The notes under the pieces: model-generated | The model's database searches: none | Told to the model about the DNA's origin: nothing | The model's input: only the letters and a program-made list of their open reading frames with translations | Program-made: the position numbers and the translations under genes | NCBI GenBank assembly: GCA_963843845.1 | Contig: CAWJMB010000002.1 | Span: 3,264,001 to 3,328,000, forward strand | Origin: an uncultured Gemmatimonadaceae bacterium | GTDB taxonomy: Bacteria; Gemmatimonadota; Gemmatimonadetes; Gemmatimonadales; Gemmatimonadaceae | DNA: 64,000 nt | Direction of reading: 5' to 3' | Part shown: positions 12,329-23,269 of the stretch, piece by piece | Layout: each line of letters opens with the position of its first letter | Position numbering within the stretch: position 1 is the stretch's first letter

Positions 12329-13984
12329 GTGGCTCTCTCCCAAGCTCTCGATCCGTTGTTCGACCGCGTCGGCGGCGCCCGCCGCGCGGCGATGCTGCTC
12401 GTCGGTCTCGCGACGGCGGCCCTCATCGTCGGCATCTCGCAGTGGGCGACCGCGCCGACGTGGGTGCCGGCGTTCGCGAACGTTCCCGTCGAGTCGACGA
12501 AGAAGATCACCGAGCAGCTCACCGGCGCGAACATCGAGTACCGCCTGAACGGCGGCGGCACCGAGATCCAGGTCAAGAGCGAGGAGCTCGCGGCCGCGCG
12601 CGTCGCCGTCGCCGCCGACGGCGGGCTCCCCTCCACGGGTCGCCCCGGGCTCGAGCTGTTCGATCAGCCGTCGTGGGGGATGACCGACTTCACGCAGCGC
12701 ATCAACTACCGCCGCGCGCTCGAAGGCGAGCTCGAACGGACGATCGCGAAGATGCGCGGCATCGAGCTCGCGCAGGTCCACATCGCGATGCAGGAAGGGA
12801 ACGTCTTCCGCGCCCCCGACAAGCCGCTCGAAGCGTCGGTCGTGCTGAAGCTGCAGAACGGCGACACGCCTCCCGCCGACGTCGTGCAGGGGATCGCGCA
12901 CCTCGTCGCCAGCTCGATCGACGGCCTGCAGAGCGAGCACGTGACGATCGTCGACGACGCCGGCCGCATGCTGACGCTCGACAGCGAGAGCGGATCGCTC
13001 GCCGGCCTCACGAGCCAGCAGCTCGCGATGCAGCGCGAGGTCGAGACGCACCTCGAGAAGAAGGCGTCGACCATCCTCGGCCAGGTCGTCGGCGCGAAGA
13101 ACGCGCGGGTGCAGGTCTCGGCGCTCATGAACTTCGATCGGCTCGAGCGGACGACGCAGGCCGTCGACCCCGAGAAGCAGGCGATCGCGACCGAGCAGAA
13201 AGCCGAGGTGACGCCGGGCGCGCAGGGCGGGCAGGCGTCGAGCAACACGGCGATGACGTACGAGACGACGAAGAGCACCGAGTCGTTCAGCGGCGCGATC
13301 GGCAACGTGCGGCGCCTCACGGTCTCCGTGCTCGTGAACGACAAGGCGCTCGCCGGCGCGAAGCCGACGACCGCGCCGCGCGACGCCGCCGAGCTGGCGC
13401 GCATCGACACGCTCGTCCGCAATGCGATCGGCGTCGATTCGGCGCGAGGCGACAAGCTCTCGGTCGTGAACATGACGTTCGACGCGACGCCGGGCATCGT
13501 CGCCGAGCAGGCGACGCCGGACCTCTGGACGCGCGTCGGTCAGGTGCAGCGTCCGCTGGTGACCGGGCTCGCGCTGCTCGCCGTGCTCGTCGTCGCCGTG
13601 CTGACGCTGCGTGCGCTGAAGCCCGGCGCGGCGCCCGCGCTGCACGACGCCGGCGCGATGGCCGCGCTGCCGAGCGGCGCGCCGCCGAACGGGCGCATCG
13701 GCTCGGCCGTCGATTCGGCGACCGGCTCGGCGCTCGTCGGCGCCGCCGCACCCGCCGGGGCGCTCGGCAGCGGCATGCCCGAGACGTTCGCGCCGACCGC
13801 GGAGTCGCGCGCGCAGCCGACGAGCGATGCAGAGCGCCAGCAGGTGCGGATCACCTCCGCGCCGATGTCGCCGATGGTGCTGCAGGAGTCGACGAACCCG
13901 GTGCGCGACCAGGTCGTCGCGATCATCGACCAGCGCCCCGAAGCCGCGACGCGGATCGTGCGCGAGTGGCTGAAGCAGGACTGA
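12329..13984 (+). CDS. fliF: Flagellar MS-ring protein FliF
   Basis: GLELFD..WGMTDF, RALEGELERTI, two TM segments, C-terminal IVREWL; GTG start downstream of the promoter. Confidence 0.96.
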   Translation: MALSQALDPLFDRVGGARRAAMLLVGLATAALIVGISQWATAPTWVPAFANVPVESTKKITEQLTGANIEYRLNGGGTEIQVKSEELAAARVAVAADGGLPSTGRPGLELFDQPSWGMTDFTQRINYRRALEGELERTIAKMRGIELAQVHIAMQEGNVFRAPDKPLEASVVLKLQNGDTPPADVVQGIAHLVASSIDGLQSEHVTIVDDAGRMLTLDSESGSLAGLTSQQLAMQREVETHLEKKASTILGQVVGAKNARVQVSALMNFDRLERTTQAVDPEKQAIATEQKAEVTPGAQGGQASSNTAMTYETTKSTESFSGAIGNVRRLTVSVLVNDKALAGAKPTTAPRDAAELARIDTLVRNAIGVDSARGDKLSVVNMTFDATPGIVAEQATPDLWTRVGQVQRPLVTGLALLAVLVVAVLTLRALKPGAAPALHDAGAMAALPSGAPPNGRIGSAVDSATGSALVGAAAPAGALGSGMPETFAPTAESRAQPTSDAERQQVRITSAPMSPMVLQESTNPVRDQVVAIIDQRPEAATRIVREWLKQD

Positions 13985-14049
13985 CGAGCCCGTGACACCG
14001 TAGTACGCGCCGCCGAACGACCGCCTCCCGACCGCCTCCCGACCGCCGC

Positions 14050-15093
14050 ATGACGACCGACGTCGCCACCCCACGCACCATCGCGCTCGAGGGCCGCCAG
14101 CTCACCGGGCGGCAGAAGATCGCCGTCATCTGCATGGCCGTCGGCGCGGACGCCGCGGCGCGGCTCACGAGCCCGCTCACGCAGGAAGAGTCGGAGCACC
14201 TGTCGTTCGAGATCGCGTCGATGGACCGCGTGCCGTCCGACGTCTCGGACGCCGTGCTCGCGGAGTGGCTCGAGGCGACGTTAGGCATCGCGTCGCTCAC
14301 GACGGGCGGCGTCGAATACGCGCGCGAGGTGCTCGAGAAAGCACACGGCCGCGCGCGCGCCGACCAGATCCTGAAGCGCATCCGCGCGCAGCTCGAGGAC
14401 AACGTCGGGCTGCACCGGCTGCGCAAGGCGGACCCGCAGCAGCTCGCGACGACGCTGCGCGGCGAGCATCCGCAGACGGTCGCGCTCGTCCTCGCCCACC
14501 TCGACGCGTCGCAGACGGCGGCGATCCTGCGCGAGGTGCCCGCGGCGTTCGGCGCCGACGTGCTCTATCGCATGGCGCGGATGGACAAGGTCTCGCCCGA
14601 GATGCTGCGCCTCATCGAGCGCGCGCTCTCGACGGAGACCGACATCCAGTTCTCGCAGGGAATGAGCGCGTCGGGCGGCCCGGCGGCGGTCGCGAGCGTG
14701 CTCAATCTCCTCAGCGGCACGCTCGAGAAGGAGCTGCTCGAAGGGGTCAGCGAGCGCGACGCGACGCTCTGCGATCAGATCAAGAATCTCATGTTCGTGT
14801 TCGAGGATCTCGTGTCGCTCGACGCGAAGTCGCTGCAGCGGCTGCTGCGCGAGGTCGAGGCGAAGCAGCTCGCGCTCGCGCTCAAGGCGGCGAGCCAGTC
14901 GCTCAGGGAGAAGATCCTCGGCGCGATGTCGCAGCGCGCGGTGAGCGCGCTCGAGGAGGAGATGGAGTACATGGGGCCGGTGAAGATGCGCGATGTCGAG
15001 GCCGCGCAGGCGGCGATCGTGCTGCAGGTGCGGAAGCTGGAGGAGACGGGCGAGATCGTGCTCAGCGGCGGGAGCGACGATGTTCTCGTCTGA
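14050..15093 (+). CDS. fliG: Flagellar motor switch protein FliG
   Basis: LTGRQKIA, GGVEYA, EHPQ and MFVFEDL motifs. Confidence 0.97.
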   Translation: MTTDVATPRTIALEGRQLTGRQKIAVICMAVGADAAARLTSPLTQEESEHLSFEIASMDRVPSDVSDAVLAEWLEATLGIASLTTGGVEYAREVLEKAHGRARADQILKRIRAQLEDNVGLHRLRKADPQQLATTLRGEHPQTVALVLAHLDASQTAAILREVPAAFGADVLYRMARMDKVSPEMLRLIERALSTETDIQFSQGMSASGGPAAVASVLNLLSGTLEKELLEGVSERDATLCDQIKNLMFVFEDLVSLDAKSLQRLLREVEAKQLALALKAASQSLREKILGAMSQRAVSALEEEMEYMGPVKMRDVEAAQAAIVLQVRKLEETGEIVLSGGSDDVLV

Positions 15094-15802
15094 CGCGTCG
15101 GCGAGCGCCTTCGTTCCCGGCATGTTCGCGCCGGCGCTCGCGCCCGCGACGCGCGAGGCGCCGAGCGCGACGACGGCGTGGTTCCCCGACGACGTCGACC
15201 TGTCGTCGGCGTTCGGCGGCGACGACCCGTACAACCCGCTGAGCGGCGAGATCGCCGAGGCGGTGCGCGCCGCGCTCGCCGCGCGCGCCGAGCAGGAGAC
15301 GTTCGAGCGCGAGCAGTCGCTCGAAGACGCCTACGCCGCCGGCATCGAGACCGGCCGCGCCGAGGCCGCCGCGGCCTCGCAGGCCGCCATCGCGAGCGCC
15401 GTCGAGGCGCTCTGGCTCGCCGTCGAGGAGGTGCGCGTCGCCGAGTCGCGATGGACGGTCGCGCTGCAGGACAACGTCGCCGCGCTCGCCGCCGCCGCGG
15501 CGCGCCACGTCATCGGGCGCGAGGTGGCGACCGACGACACGCTCGTCTGCCGGCTCGCCGCGCGTGCCGTCGAGGAATATCCGCAGGGGCAGCCGCTGCA
15601 CATCCGCGTGAACGCCGCCGACCTGGCGACGCTGCGCGACGCGTTCGCCACGACGCCGCGTGCCGCCGAGCTGCGATGGATCGCCGATCCGCGCGTCGAG
15701 CGCGGCGGGTGCGTCGTCGAAGGGCGCGAGCGGATCGTCGACGGCCGCGTGGACACGGCGCTCGAGCGCGTGTACCGCCGGCTGAGCGGGCACAGCGCCT
15801 GA
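15080..15802 (+). CDS. fliH: Flagellar assembly protein FliH
   Basis: AxxxG repeats (AYAAGIETGRAEA), IRVN..D, DPRVERGGCVVE. Confidence 0.88.
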   Translation: MFSSDASASAFVPGMFAPALAPATREAPSATTAWFPDDVDLSSAFGGDDPYNPLSGEIAEAVRAALAARAEQETFEREQSLEDAYAAGIETGRAEAAAASQAAIASAVEALWLAVEEVRVAESRWTVALQDNVAALAAAAARHVIGREVATDDTLVCRLAARAVEEYPQGQPLHIRVNAADLATLRDAFATTPRAAELRWIADPRVERGGCVVEGRERIVDGRVDTALERVYRRLSGHSA

Positions 15803-15826
15803 CGCGTGCCCACCGATCGCACCACG

Positions 15827-17245
15827 ATGTCACACGCCGCCGCACCCGCGCGCTCCGTCTTCCGCCTCACGCCGCACGCGTCGCTCCCGGCGATCCCGCG
15901 GAGCGACGACCTCGTCGCCGCCATGCTCGGCCGCCTCGACGGCACGGAGCGGTTCGGCACGTACGGCAAAGTCACGCGCGTCGTCGGCCTCGTCATCGAG
16001 GCGGCCGGCGTCGACGTCGGGCTCGGTGAGCTGTGCCGCGTGACGTCGCTCGCCGGCGACCGCTCGGTGCTCGCCGAAGTCGTCGGCTTCCACGAGCGCG
16101 GCGTGCTGCTCATGCCGCTGGGCGAGATGGACGGACTGCACCCCGGCAGCAGCGTGCTGCCGTTGGGCCGCTCGTTCGGCGTCGACGTCGGTCCCGGACT
16201 GTTGGGCCGGATCCTCAACGGCCTCGGCCACCCGATCGACGGACTCGGCAAGCTCGACGTCGAGGAGCGCGTGCCGCTCTCCGCGGAGCCGCCGAACCCG
16301 CTGTCGCGCGAGATGGTCGGCGAGCCGCTGCCCACGGGCGTGCGCGCGATCGATGGAACGTTGACCTTCGGGCGCGGACAGCGCGTCGGCATCTTCGCCG
16401 GCTCGGGCGTCGGCAAGAGCACGCTGCTCGGCATGATCGCGCGGCAGGCGAAAGCCGACGTCAACGTCATCGCGCTGCTCGGCGAGCGCGGACGCGAGGT
16501 GCGCGAGTTCATCGAGCATTCGTTAGGCCCGGACGGGCTCGCGCGCTCGGTGATCGTCGTCGCGACCGGCGACCAGGCGGCGCTCGTGCGGGCGCGCGGC
16601 GCGCTCGTCGCCACCGCGATCGCCGAGTACTTCCGCGACCAGGGCAAGCAGGTGCTGCTCATGGTCGACTCGGTGACGCGCGTCGCGATGGCGTGGCGCG
16701 AGATCGGCCTCGCCGTCGGCGAGCCGCCGACGACGAAAGGCTATCCGCCGAGCGTGTTCGCGAACCTGCCGCGACTGCTGGAGCGCGCGGGGAACGGCGA
16801 GCGCGGCGGCATCACCGGCATCTACACCGTCCTCGTCGACGGCGACGACTTCAACGAGCCCGTCGCGGACGCGGCGCGCTCGATCCTCGACGGCCACGTC
16901 GTGCTGACGCGCAAGCTCGCCGCCGCCGGCCACTTTCCGGCGATCGACGTGCTCGAGTCGAAGAGCCGTGTGCGCGACGCGATCATCCGCCCCGACCACA
17001 AGGCCGCGGCCGACGCGCTGCTGCGCATCGAGGCGGCGTACCGCGAGAAGGAAGATCTCATCCTCGTCGGCGCGTATCAGCGCGGCAGCGATCCGCAGGT
17101 CGACGCCGCGCTCGCGCTGCGCGGGCAGGCGCTGAGCTTCCTGCAGCAGCGCCCCGACGAGGGGTGCGCCTACGACATGACGCGCGCCACGCTCACGCAC
17201 CTCGGCGCGCAGATCGCGGCGGCGACGGCGCGGCAGGCGACCTGA
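15827..17245 (+). CDS. fliI: Flagellar export ATPase FliI
   Basis: AGSGVGKS Walker A, GERGRE, DSVTR, GEPPTTKGYPPS. Confidence 0.97.
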   Translation: MSHAAAPARSVFRLTPHASLPAIPRSDDLVAAMLGRLDGTERFGTYGKVTRVVGLVIEAAGVDVGLGELCRVTSLAGDRSVLAEVVGFHERGVLLMPLGEMDGLHPGSSVLPLGRSFGVDVGPGLLGRILNGLGHPIDGLGKLDVEERVPLSAEPPNPLSREMVGEPLPTGVRAIDGTLTFGRGQRVGIFAGSGVGKSTLLGMIARQAKADVNVIALLGERGREVREFIEHSLGPDGLARSVIVVATGDQAALVRARGALVATAIAEYFRDQGKQVLLMVDSVTRVAMAWREIGLAVGEPPTTKGYPPSVFANLPRLLERAGNGERGGITGIYTVLVDGDDFNEPVADAARSILDGHVVLTRKLAAAGHFPAIDVLESKSRVRDAIIRPDHKAAADALLRIEAAYREKEDLILVGAYQRGSDPQVDAALALRGQALSFLQQRPDEGCAYDMTRATLTHLGAQIAAATARQAT

Positions 17246-17263
17246 CCCGTGGCGGCCTGACGC

Positions 17264-17761
17264 ATGTTCCGCTTCCGACTGCAGCGCGTGCTCGAGCTGC
17301 GCGAGCGACACGCCCGCGACGCGACGGCGGCGCTCGCGAGCGCGCAGGCGCACGCCGAGCAGGCGCGCGCCGAGCAGGCACAGATCGTCGCGGCGCGCGA
17401 CACGCTCGCCGCGCGCGCGGCGCTCGGCGCCGCGACCTCGAGCGGCGGTGAGACCAACGGTGCGGTCGGATCGTCGAACGTGGGAACGCTGCGCACGCTG
17501 CGCTTCCTGCTGGGCCGGATCGACGAGCGCGTCGCCGCCGCCGCGACGCACACCACGGCGGCCGAGCGCGCGGTGCTACAGCGCGAGGACGCGCTGCGCG
17601 CCGCGTACCGCGACCAGCGCGCGCTCGACCGGCTCCGCGACCGACAGCACACGGCGTGGCGCGCGTCGACCGCCGCCGCCGAGCGGCAGCAGATGGACGA
17701 GATCGCCCTCTCGCGCTTCGTCGCAAGCGCGCTCTCCGAACACCCTCCGACCGACCCGTAA
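17264..17761 (+). CDS. fliJ: Flagellar export chaperone FliJ
   Basis: MFRFRLQRVLELRE start, coiled coil, ERQQMDE end; follows fliI. Confidence 0.9.
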   Translation: MFRFRLQRVLELRERHARDATAALASAQAHAEQARAEQAQIVAARDTLAARAALGAATSSGGETNGAVGSSNVGTLRTLRFLLGRIDERVAAAATHTTAAERAVLQREDALRAAYRDQRALDRLRDRQHTAWRASTAAAERQQMDEIALSRFVASALSEHPPTDP

Positions 17762-17764
17762 CCG

Positions 17765-18610
17765 ATGGCGATGATCGTTCGACTCATCATGCCGTTCCTC
17801 CTCGGCCTGCTGCTCTCGATGAGCGGGACGGCGGCCATGGAGGTGCAGAGCGCGAAGCACGCGGCGGCGACCGCCGCACGCGCGCCGAAGAAGCACGCCG
17901 CAGACTCCGCGGCCGCGGATTCGGCGGGGTCGGCACACGACGACGACGCCTCGCACGGCGACGTCGCAGGGGCCGACGGCGACTCGGCCGACGCCGGCCA
18001 CGAGAGCGGTGCGGCACTCGCCACGGCGGCGGACAGCGAGCACGCCCCCGCCGCGTCGGCGGCCGCCACGGAGCCGCCGTCGCACGACGCACCGAGTCGC
18101 GCGCCGGGTCACGCACCGACGCAGCGGACGGTGCGTCCGGCGACGACGCGGCTCGCGAGCGCACTGCCGGCGGCGCGGCTCGAGCGCGCGAGCACCTCGA
18201 GTCATGCGGAGCCCGCGTCGAGCGACGGGGCACACGACGGCGACACCCATGCCGCGCCCGGCGCGACGAGCGCGCGCGTGCCGAGCGCATCGACGCCGAC
18301 GGTCGGCGGGCCCGCCGCGGGGGCGAAGAGCGTGCGCGGCGCGAAGGCGACCAGCGCGCACGACGAGCCGAGCGCCGTGGCCAGGCCCGACGGCCCTCCC
18401 GAGCGCCGGCTGGCGAAGGTGTTCGGCACGATGCCGGCGAAAGAGGCGGCGCGCGTGCTCGAGCAGATGGAAGACGGCGACGTGCAGAAGATCCTCGCGC
18501 TGCTCGGCGAGCGGCAGACGGCGGCGATCCTCGCGGCATTCGCGCCACAGCGCGCGGCGGCGATCGGGCGCATGCAGTTGCGCGGCGGGTCGAGTCCGGG
18601 GGCGCGCTGA
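17765..18610 (+). CDS. MotE/FlbB/YlxF-like flagellar protein (MgtE N-terminal-like domain)
   Basis: N-terminal TM or signal; C-terminal RLAKVFGTMPAKEAARVLEQMED...AAILAAF; typical fliJ-fliK position. Confidence 0.75.
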   Translation: MAMIVRLIMPFLLGLLLSMSGTAAMEVQSAKHAAATAARAPKKHAADSAAADSAGSAHDDDASHGDVAGADGDSADAGHESGAALATAADSEHAPAASAAATEPPSHDAPSRAPGHAPTQRTVRPATTRLASALPAARLERASTSSHAEPASSDGAHDGDTHAAPGATSARVPSASTPTVGGPAAGAKSVRGAKATSAHDEPSAVARPDGPPERRLAKVFGTMPAKEAARVLEQMEDGDVQKILALLGERQTAAILAAFAPQRAAAIGRMQLRGGSSPGAR

Positions 18611-20705
18611 TGCGGGTCGCATCCGCGGGTACGATGCCGGACACGTTCGCGCCGGCCCCGGCCGGACCGGCCTACGGCGCGACGGACGCGCGGCGAGCCG
18701 ACGATCCCCTCTCGACGAGCGAGACGCGCGCCGAGTCGACGAGTGCGACGGCGGCGGCGTTCGCGGCTCTGCTCGGCGGGATGCTCGCCCCGGTGCCGCT
18801 CCTCGTGCCGAAGTCGCCGACCGGCGATACGCCGCTCGGCGACGGGGCGGAGGGGAGTGGCGACGGCGCGCAGGCCGAGACCGCAGCCGGCGCGTCGATC
18901 GGCGCCGATGCGCCGCCCGGCGCGATGTGCGCGTCCGCGTCCGACGGGACCGACGCGACCGACGCGACCGCGTGGGCAGCGAGCGGCGCGTCGGCGTTCG
19001 AGGCACCACGGCCGTTCGGCGAGGGGCTGTGGGCGATGGCCCCTGCCTCGCCGTCGGTGGCCACGACCGCGCACGCGCGCGGCGCGTCGCGCGACGGGGC
19101 GCCACGCGACGGAGCGAACGCCGTGGGCGGGGCCCCCCCCCGGTTCCACGATACGAGCGCGACGTTCCCGACCCGCACCATTCCGACGCATCAGGTCACA
19201 TGCCGACGCCGGGCGCGCTCGCGAGCGACGTCGCGAACGCCGTCGCGAACGCCGTCGCGAACGGCGCGCGGACCGAGGCGCTGAGCGACGCGATCGATGC
19301 GGCGAGCGCGCTGGTCGGCGACGAGGCGACCGGTCCGTCGACCGACGACGCGCTCGACGCGACCGCCGCGGTCGTCGAGAGCACGCTGCCCGCGCCGGCG
19401 ACCCCCGACGCCGCGCTCGCGCTCCAGGCCATGCGCGCGCTCCAGAGCGCCCAGGCGGCCCAGCAGACCGCTGCCGCCGCGCCGACCGACGAGGCGCGCC
19501 GGCGCGCGCAGACGGACGACGTCGTCGCCCGTGCGCAGCGCGAGTACGGACAGAGCGCGCCGAGCACTCGCACGAGCGGCTCGGTGGCCGGCGGTGCGCG
19601 CGACGTTCGCTCGGCGCCGATCGAGCTCGCCTCGCTCGCTGCCGATGGTGAGGCCGCGCTGATGGCGTCGAACACCGCAGCCGGCGGCACGCCGGCCGAC
19701 GCGGCGCTCGACAGCGCGCTCGTCGCAACCGACGCGCGAGCGCTCGCGGAGGCCGACGCGGAGCTCGCGGCGACGGCGGGACCGACCGACGACGCGTCGC
19801 GGCGGCTCGACGCCCGCGCCACCGCCGCCGCATTCCGCGCCGCGACCCGCCAGAGCCTCGGCGGCGCGTCGTCGGGACCGAGCGGCGACTCGAGCGGGCA
19901 CGCCGGCGACACGTCGCGCCACGCCGCGCGACTCGGCGCGCGCGAGCACCGCCGGGGCTCCGCGAGCGCCGAGTCGACGAGCGCGGCGAGCGCGACGAGC
20001 GCGGCGAGCGCGGCGAGCGGGGCGACGCCGGAGTCGGCGGTGACGCCGTCGGTCGCACCGAGCGATGCGTTCGCGGCGACGCGCGGCGCCGACGCGGCGA
20101 CCGCGACGCGGGCGACGGCGGGCGGCGCCGGGGTGGACCGCGTCGCACAGGTGCACGCCGTGCGCGACGCGGCGGCCGCGGCGCCGGTCTCACAGATCAC
20201 GCTGCGCCTCGCGAACACGAGCGGCGGCGAGGACCAGATTCGCATCGGGCTGCGCGGCGTCGAAGTCGGTGCGGCGATCAGCGTCGCCGACGGCGCGGCC
20301 GCCGAGCAGATGCGCGCCTCGGTCGGCGAGCTGCGCGCGGCGCTCGAGCGCCACGGCCTCGCGACCGACCGCGTCGAGATCAGCGCCGCCGCGACGACAG
20401 CGGGCACGATGCGCGACGGCGTCGACGCGACGCGTACGCTCGCCGCCGCGGGCCTCGCCGAACGAGTCGCCGGCGCGAGTGGCGGCTCGGCGAGTGGCGG
20501 CGCGGCGCAGCAGCACGGGTCGCAGCAGCACGGCGCGCGGGCCGAGCACGACGCGCGCGACGCGTCGCGCGATGCGGCGCGCGACGGCGAGCGCCGCAAC
20601 CGCCGCGACGCGCAGGACGCGCAGGATGCGCAGCACGCGCGCGACGGCGACCGCCCGGGGCGCGGCGACCGCGGCCAGCGGCGGCGCGACCGTGGCGCCC
20701 GCTGA
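18610..20705 (+). CDS. fliK: Hook-length control protein FliK (frameshift near 19133-19200)
   Basis: Long low-complexity region, then QITLRL...IRIGLRG..V...ELRAALERHGL T3S4 domain; precedes flgD. Confidence 0.8.
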
Positions 20706-20764
20706 ACGTCCTCCTCTCCTGCCGCCGCACGCGATGACCGCTCTCTCCTTCAGCGCCTGACGCC

Positions 20765-21454
20765 ATGACGACCGCGATCGGCTCGACCGCCACGACGGGC
20801 ACGACGGGCACCACGTCGACCTCGTCCGCCCCGATCTCCCGCGCCGCCGGCGGGGCGCTCGGCAAAGACCAGTTCCTGCAACTGCTCGTCGCGCAGATGA
20901 AGCACCAGGACCCGCTGAACCCGATGGACGGGCAGCAGATGGCGGCGCAGCTCGCGCAGTTCTCGAGCGTCGAGCAGCTCACGCAGATCAACGAGAACCT
21001 GTCGACGCAGTCGAGCGGGCAGGCGGCGCTCGCCACGCTCCTCGCGAACAACGGCGCGTTCGGCGCCGTCGGCAAGACGGTCGTCGTCGCGGCGAACAGA
21101 GTCGACACGTCGAACGGTGCGCCCGCCGCGGTCCTCGCCGACGTCCCCGCCGGCGCGCGCACGGCGACGCTCCGCGTCTACGACGAGCGCGGCACCGAGG
21201 TGGCGTCGCAGTCGCTCGGCGGCGTCAGCGAAGGGCGGCGCACGTTCACCCTCTCCGGCGCGGCGAAGACGATGAAAGGCGGCACCTACAGCTACGTCGT
21301 CGAGACGACGGACGCCGCCGGGACGACCACGTCGCAGGCACCGACCTACGTCACCGGACGCGTCGACGGCGTGCGCTTCACGTCGGTCGGGCCGGTCGTC
21401 ACGATCGGCGGCATCGCCGTGCCGTACATGGCCGTGACCGAACTCTCGAACTGA
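20765..21454 (+). CDS. flgD: Hook capping protein FlgD
   Basis: LGKDQFLQLLVAQMKHQDPLNPMD...AQLAQFSSVEQL. Confidence 0.96.
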   Translation: MTTAIGSTATTGTTGTTSTSSAPISRAAGGALGKDQFLQLLVAQMKHQDPLNPMDGQQMAAQLAQFSSVEQLTQINENLSTQSSGQAALATLLANNGAFGAVGKTVVVAANRVDTSNGAPAAVLADVPAGARTATLRVYDERGTEVASQSLGGVSEGRRTFTLSGAAKTMKGGTYSYVVETTDAAGTTTSQAPTYVTGRVDGVRFTSVGPVVTIGGIAVPYMAVTELSN

Positions 21455-21484
21455 CTTCTCCCTTCCCCTTCCATCCCTCCCCGC

Positions 21485-23014
21485 ATGCTTCGCTCTCTCT
21501 TCGCCGGCGTCTCTGGTCTGCGCAATCACCAGGTTCGTATGGATGTTATCGGCAACAACATCGCAAACGTGAACACCGTCGGCTTCAAGAGTTCGCGCGT
21601 GACGTACAAGGAGGGCTTCGCGCAGGTGCTGCAGAGCGCCGGCCGGCCGCGCGGCGATCAGGGCGGCACCAACCCGGTGACCGTCGGCCTGGGCATGCAG
21701 GTCGGCTCGATCGACATGCTGTTCTCGCAGGGCAACATCGAGACGACCGGCCGCAACACCGACCTCGCGATCCAGGGCGACTCGTTCTTCGTCGTGCGCA
21801 CCGGCGACCAGAACTACTACACGCGCGCCGGCAACTTCCAGATCGACGCCGAGGGGCGCCTGTCGGCGGCGACGAACGGGTTCATCGTGCAGGGGCGGAT
21901 GTACGAGAACGGCGTCGTGAAAGACGGCATCCAGGACATCAAGATGCCGTTCGGCCAGAAGACGGCGGCGAGGGTCACGACGACGATGGGGCTCTCGGGG
22001 AACCTGAGCGCCGCGGCGCCGATCTTCGACGTGAACGATCCCGACGGCACGGGCCCGCTCGAGGGCGGCTTCAGCGCCGACACGCGCGCCCTCGCCCGCA
22101 ACGCGGGTGCGTGGAGCGAGACGACGATCACCGTCTTCAACGCCCAGGGCATGCAGCACGACGTCAAGATCCAGTTCTACAAGTCGGCCCCGAACGAGTG
22201 GAAGTGGCAGATCGACCCGACGGCGACGACGAACGCGACCACGCAGACGGTCGCGAGCGGCGCCGTGACGCTGCCGCGCGCCACCGACGACTCGGCGATC
22301 GCCCGCGTGCGCACCGCGAGCGGCGCGGTCATCGACCCCCGCTTCTACTCCGGGCCGAGCTCGGCCGGCGTGCTCACCATCGACTCCGACTCTGGCGTCG
22401 CGAACGGCGACGCGATCACGGTCGACTACTTCATCCCGCCCGACGAGACCGGCGACGGCATCAACGAAGGCACGCTCACGTTCGACGCGCAGGGCAACCT
22501 CGACCCGGCGACCTCCGACTCGGTCAACATCAGCTTCGGGGTGTTGGGCACCGACGACGTCAGCATCAAGGTGGACGTCGGCTCCGGCACGAGCGGCCTC
22601 ACGCAGTACGCGACGTCGTCGACCGCCGTGCTTCGCGACCAGAACGGCTACACGGCCGGCACGCTCCAGAACTACTCGATCGACCGCTACGGTCTCATCA
22701 CCGGCTACTTCACGAACGGGACGACGTCGCCGTTGGGCAAGCTCGTGCTCGCCGACTTCAACAACGCGTCGGGCCTCCTTCGTGGCGGCGACAACATGTT
22801 CATGGAGTCCGCGAACTCCGGCGCCGGCGTCCTCGGCTTCGCGCTCGAAGGGTCGCAGTCGCAGCTCACGTCGGGCGCCATCGAGATGTCGAACGTCGAC
22901 CTCGCGCAGGAGTTCACCAGTATGATCGTCGCTCAGCGCGGCTTCCAGGCGAACGGCAAGGTCGTGTCGGCGAGCGACGAGATGCTGCAAGACCTGATGC
23001 AGATCAAGCGGTAA
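21485..23014 (+). CDS. flgE: Flagellar hook protein FlgE
   Basis: SGL..HQVRMDVIGNNIANVNTVGFK; YTRAGNF; EMSNVDLAQEFTSMIVAQRGFQAN. Confidence 0.97.
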   Translation: MLRSLFAGVSGLRNHQVRMDVIGNNIANVNTVGFKSSRVTYKEGFAQVLQSAGRPRGDQGGTNPVTVGLGMQVGSIDMLFSQGNIETTGRNTDLAIQGDSFFVVRTGDQNYYTRAGNFQIDAEGRLSAATNGFIVQGRMYENGVVKDGIQDIKMPFGQKTAARVTTTMGLSGNLSAAAPIFDVNDPDGTGPLEGGFSADTRALARNAGAWSETTITVFNAQGMQHDVKIQFYKSAPNEWKWQIDPTATTNATTQTVASGAVTLPRATDDSAIARVRTASGAVIDPRFYSGPSSAGVLTIDSDSGVANGDAITVDYFIPPDETGDGINEGTLTFDAQGNLDPATSDSVNISFGVLGTDDVSIKVDVGSGTSGLTQYATSSTAVLRDQNGYTAGTLQNYSIDRYGLITGYFTNGTTSPLGKLVLADFNNASGLLRGGDNMFMESANSGAGVLGFALEGSQSQLTSGAIEMSNVDLAQEFTSMIVAQRGFQANGKVVSASDEMLQDLMQIKR

Positions 23015-23054
23015 CGCACGCGGGCACGCGCGGGCACGCGCGCGGGCCCGCACG

Positions 23055-23225
23055 CGGCAATCCTCACCGGGCGCCGGGCGGCACTTCCTGCCGCCCGGCG
23101 CTTTCGTTCGCGGCACCCCATCGCCGCACGAGTCGCGGCCCGGTCGCGAAAGTCGTTGTGCGGACGGCGGTTACGACATCCGGCGCGCGATCCCGGCTCG
23201 TCGCGGCGTGCGGCACCATGCCTGC
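23055..23225 (+). promoter_or_regulatory. Sigma-54 promoter module of fliL operon
   Basis: Palindromes 23055-23069 and 23079-23093; 25-bp element 23149-23173; CGGCACCATGCCTGC at 23211-23225. Confidence 0.78.
23071..23108 (+). terminator. Intrinsic terminator after flgE, overlapping a UAS palindrome
   Basis: 13-bp stem GCGCCGGGCGGCA/TGCCGCCCGGCGC followed by TTTCGTT. Confidence 0.55.
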
Positions 23226-23269
23226 CTTCTCCCCCTGCGCACCCCCCTCCGGCCTCTCCCCTCCCCGCC

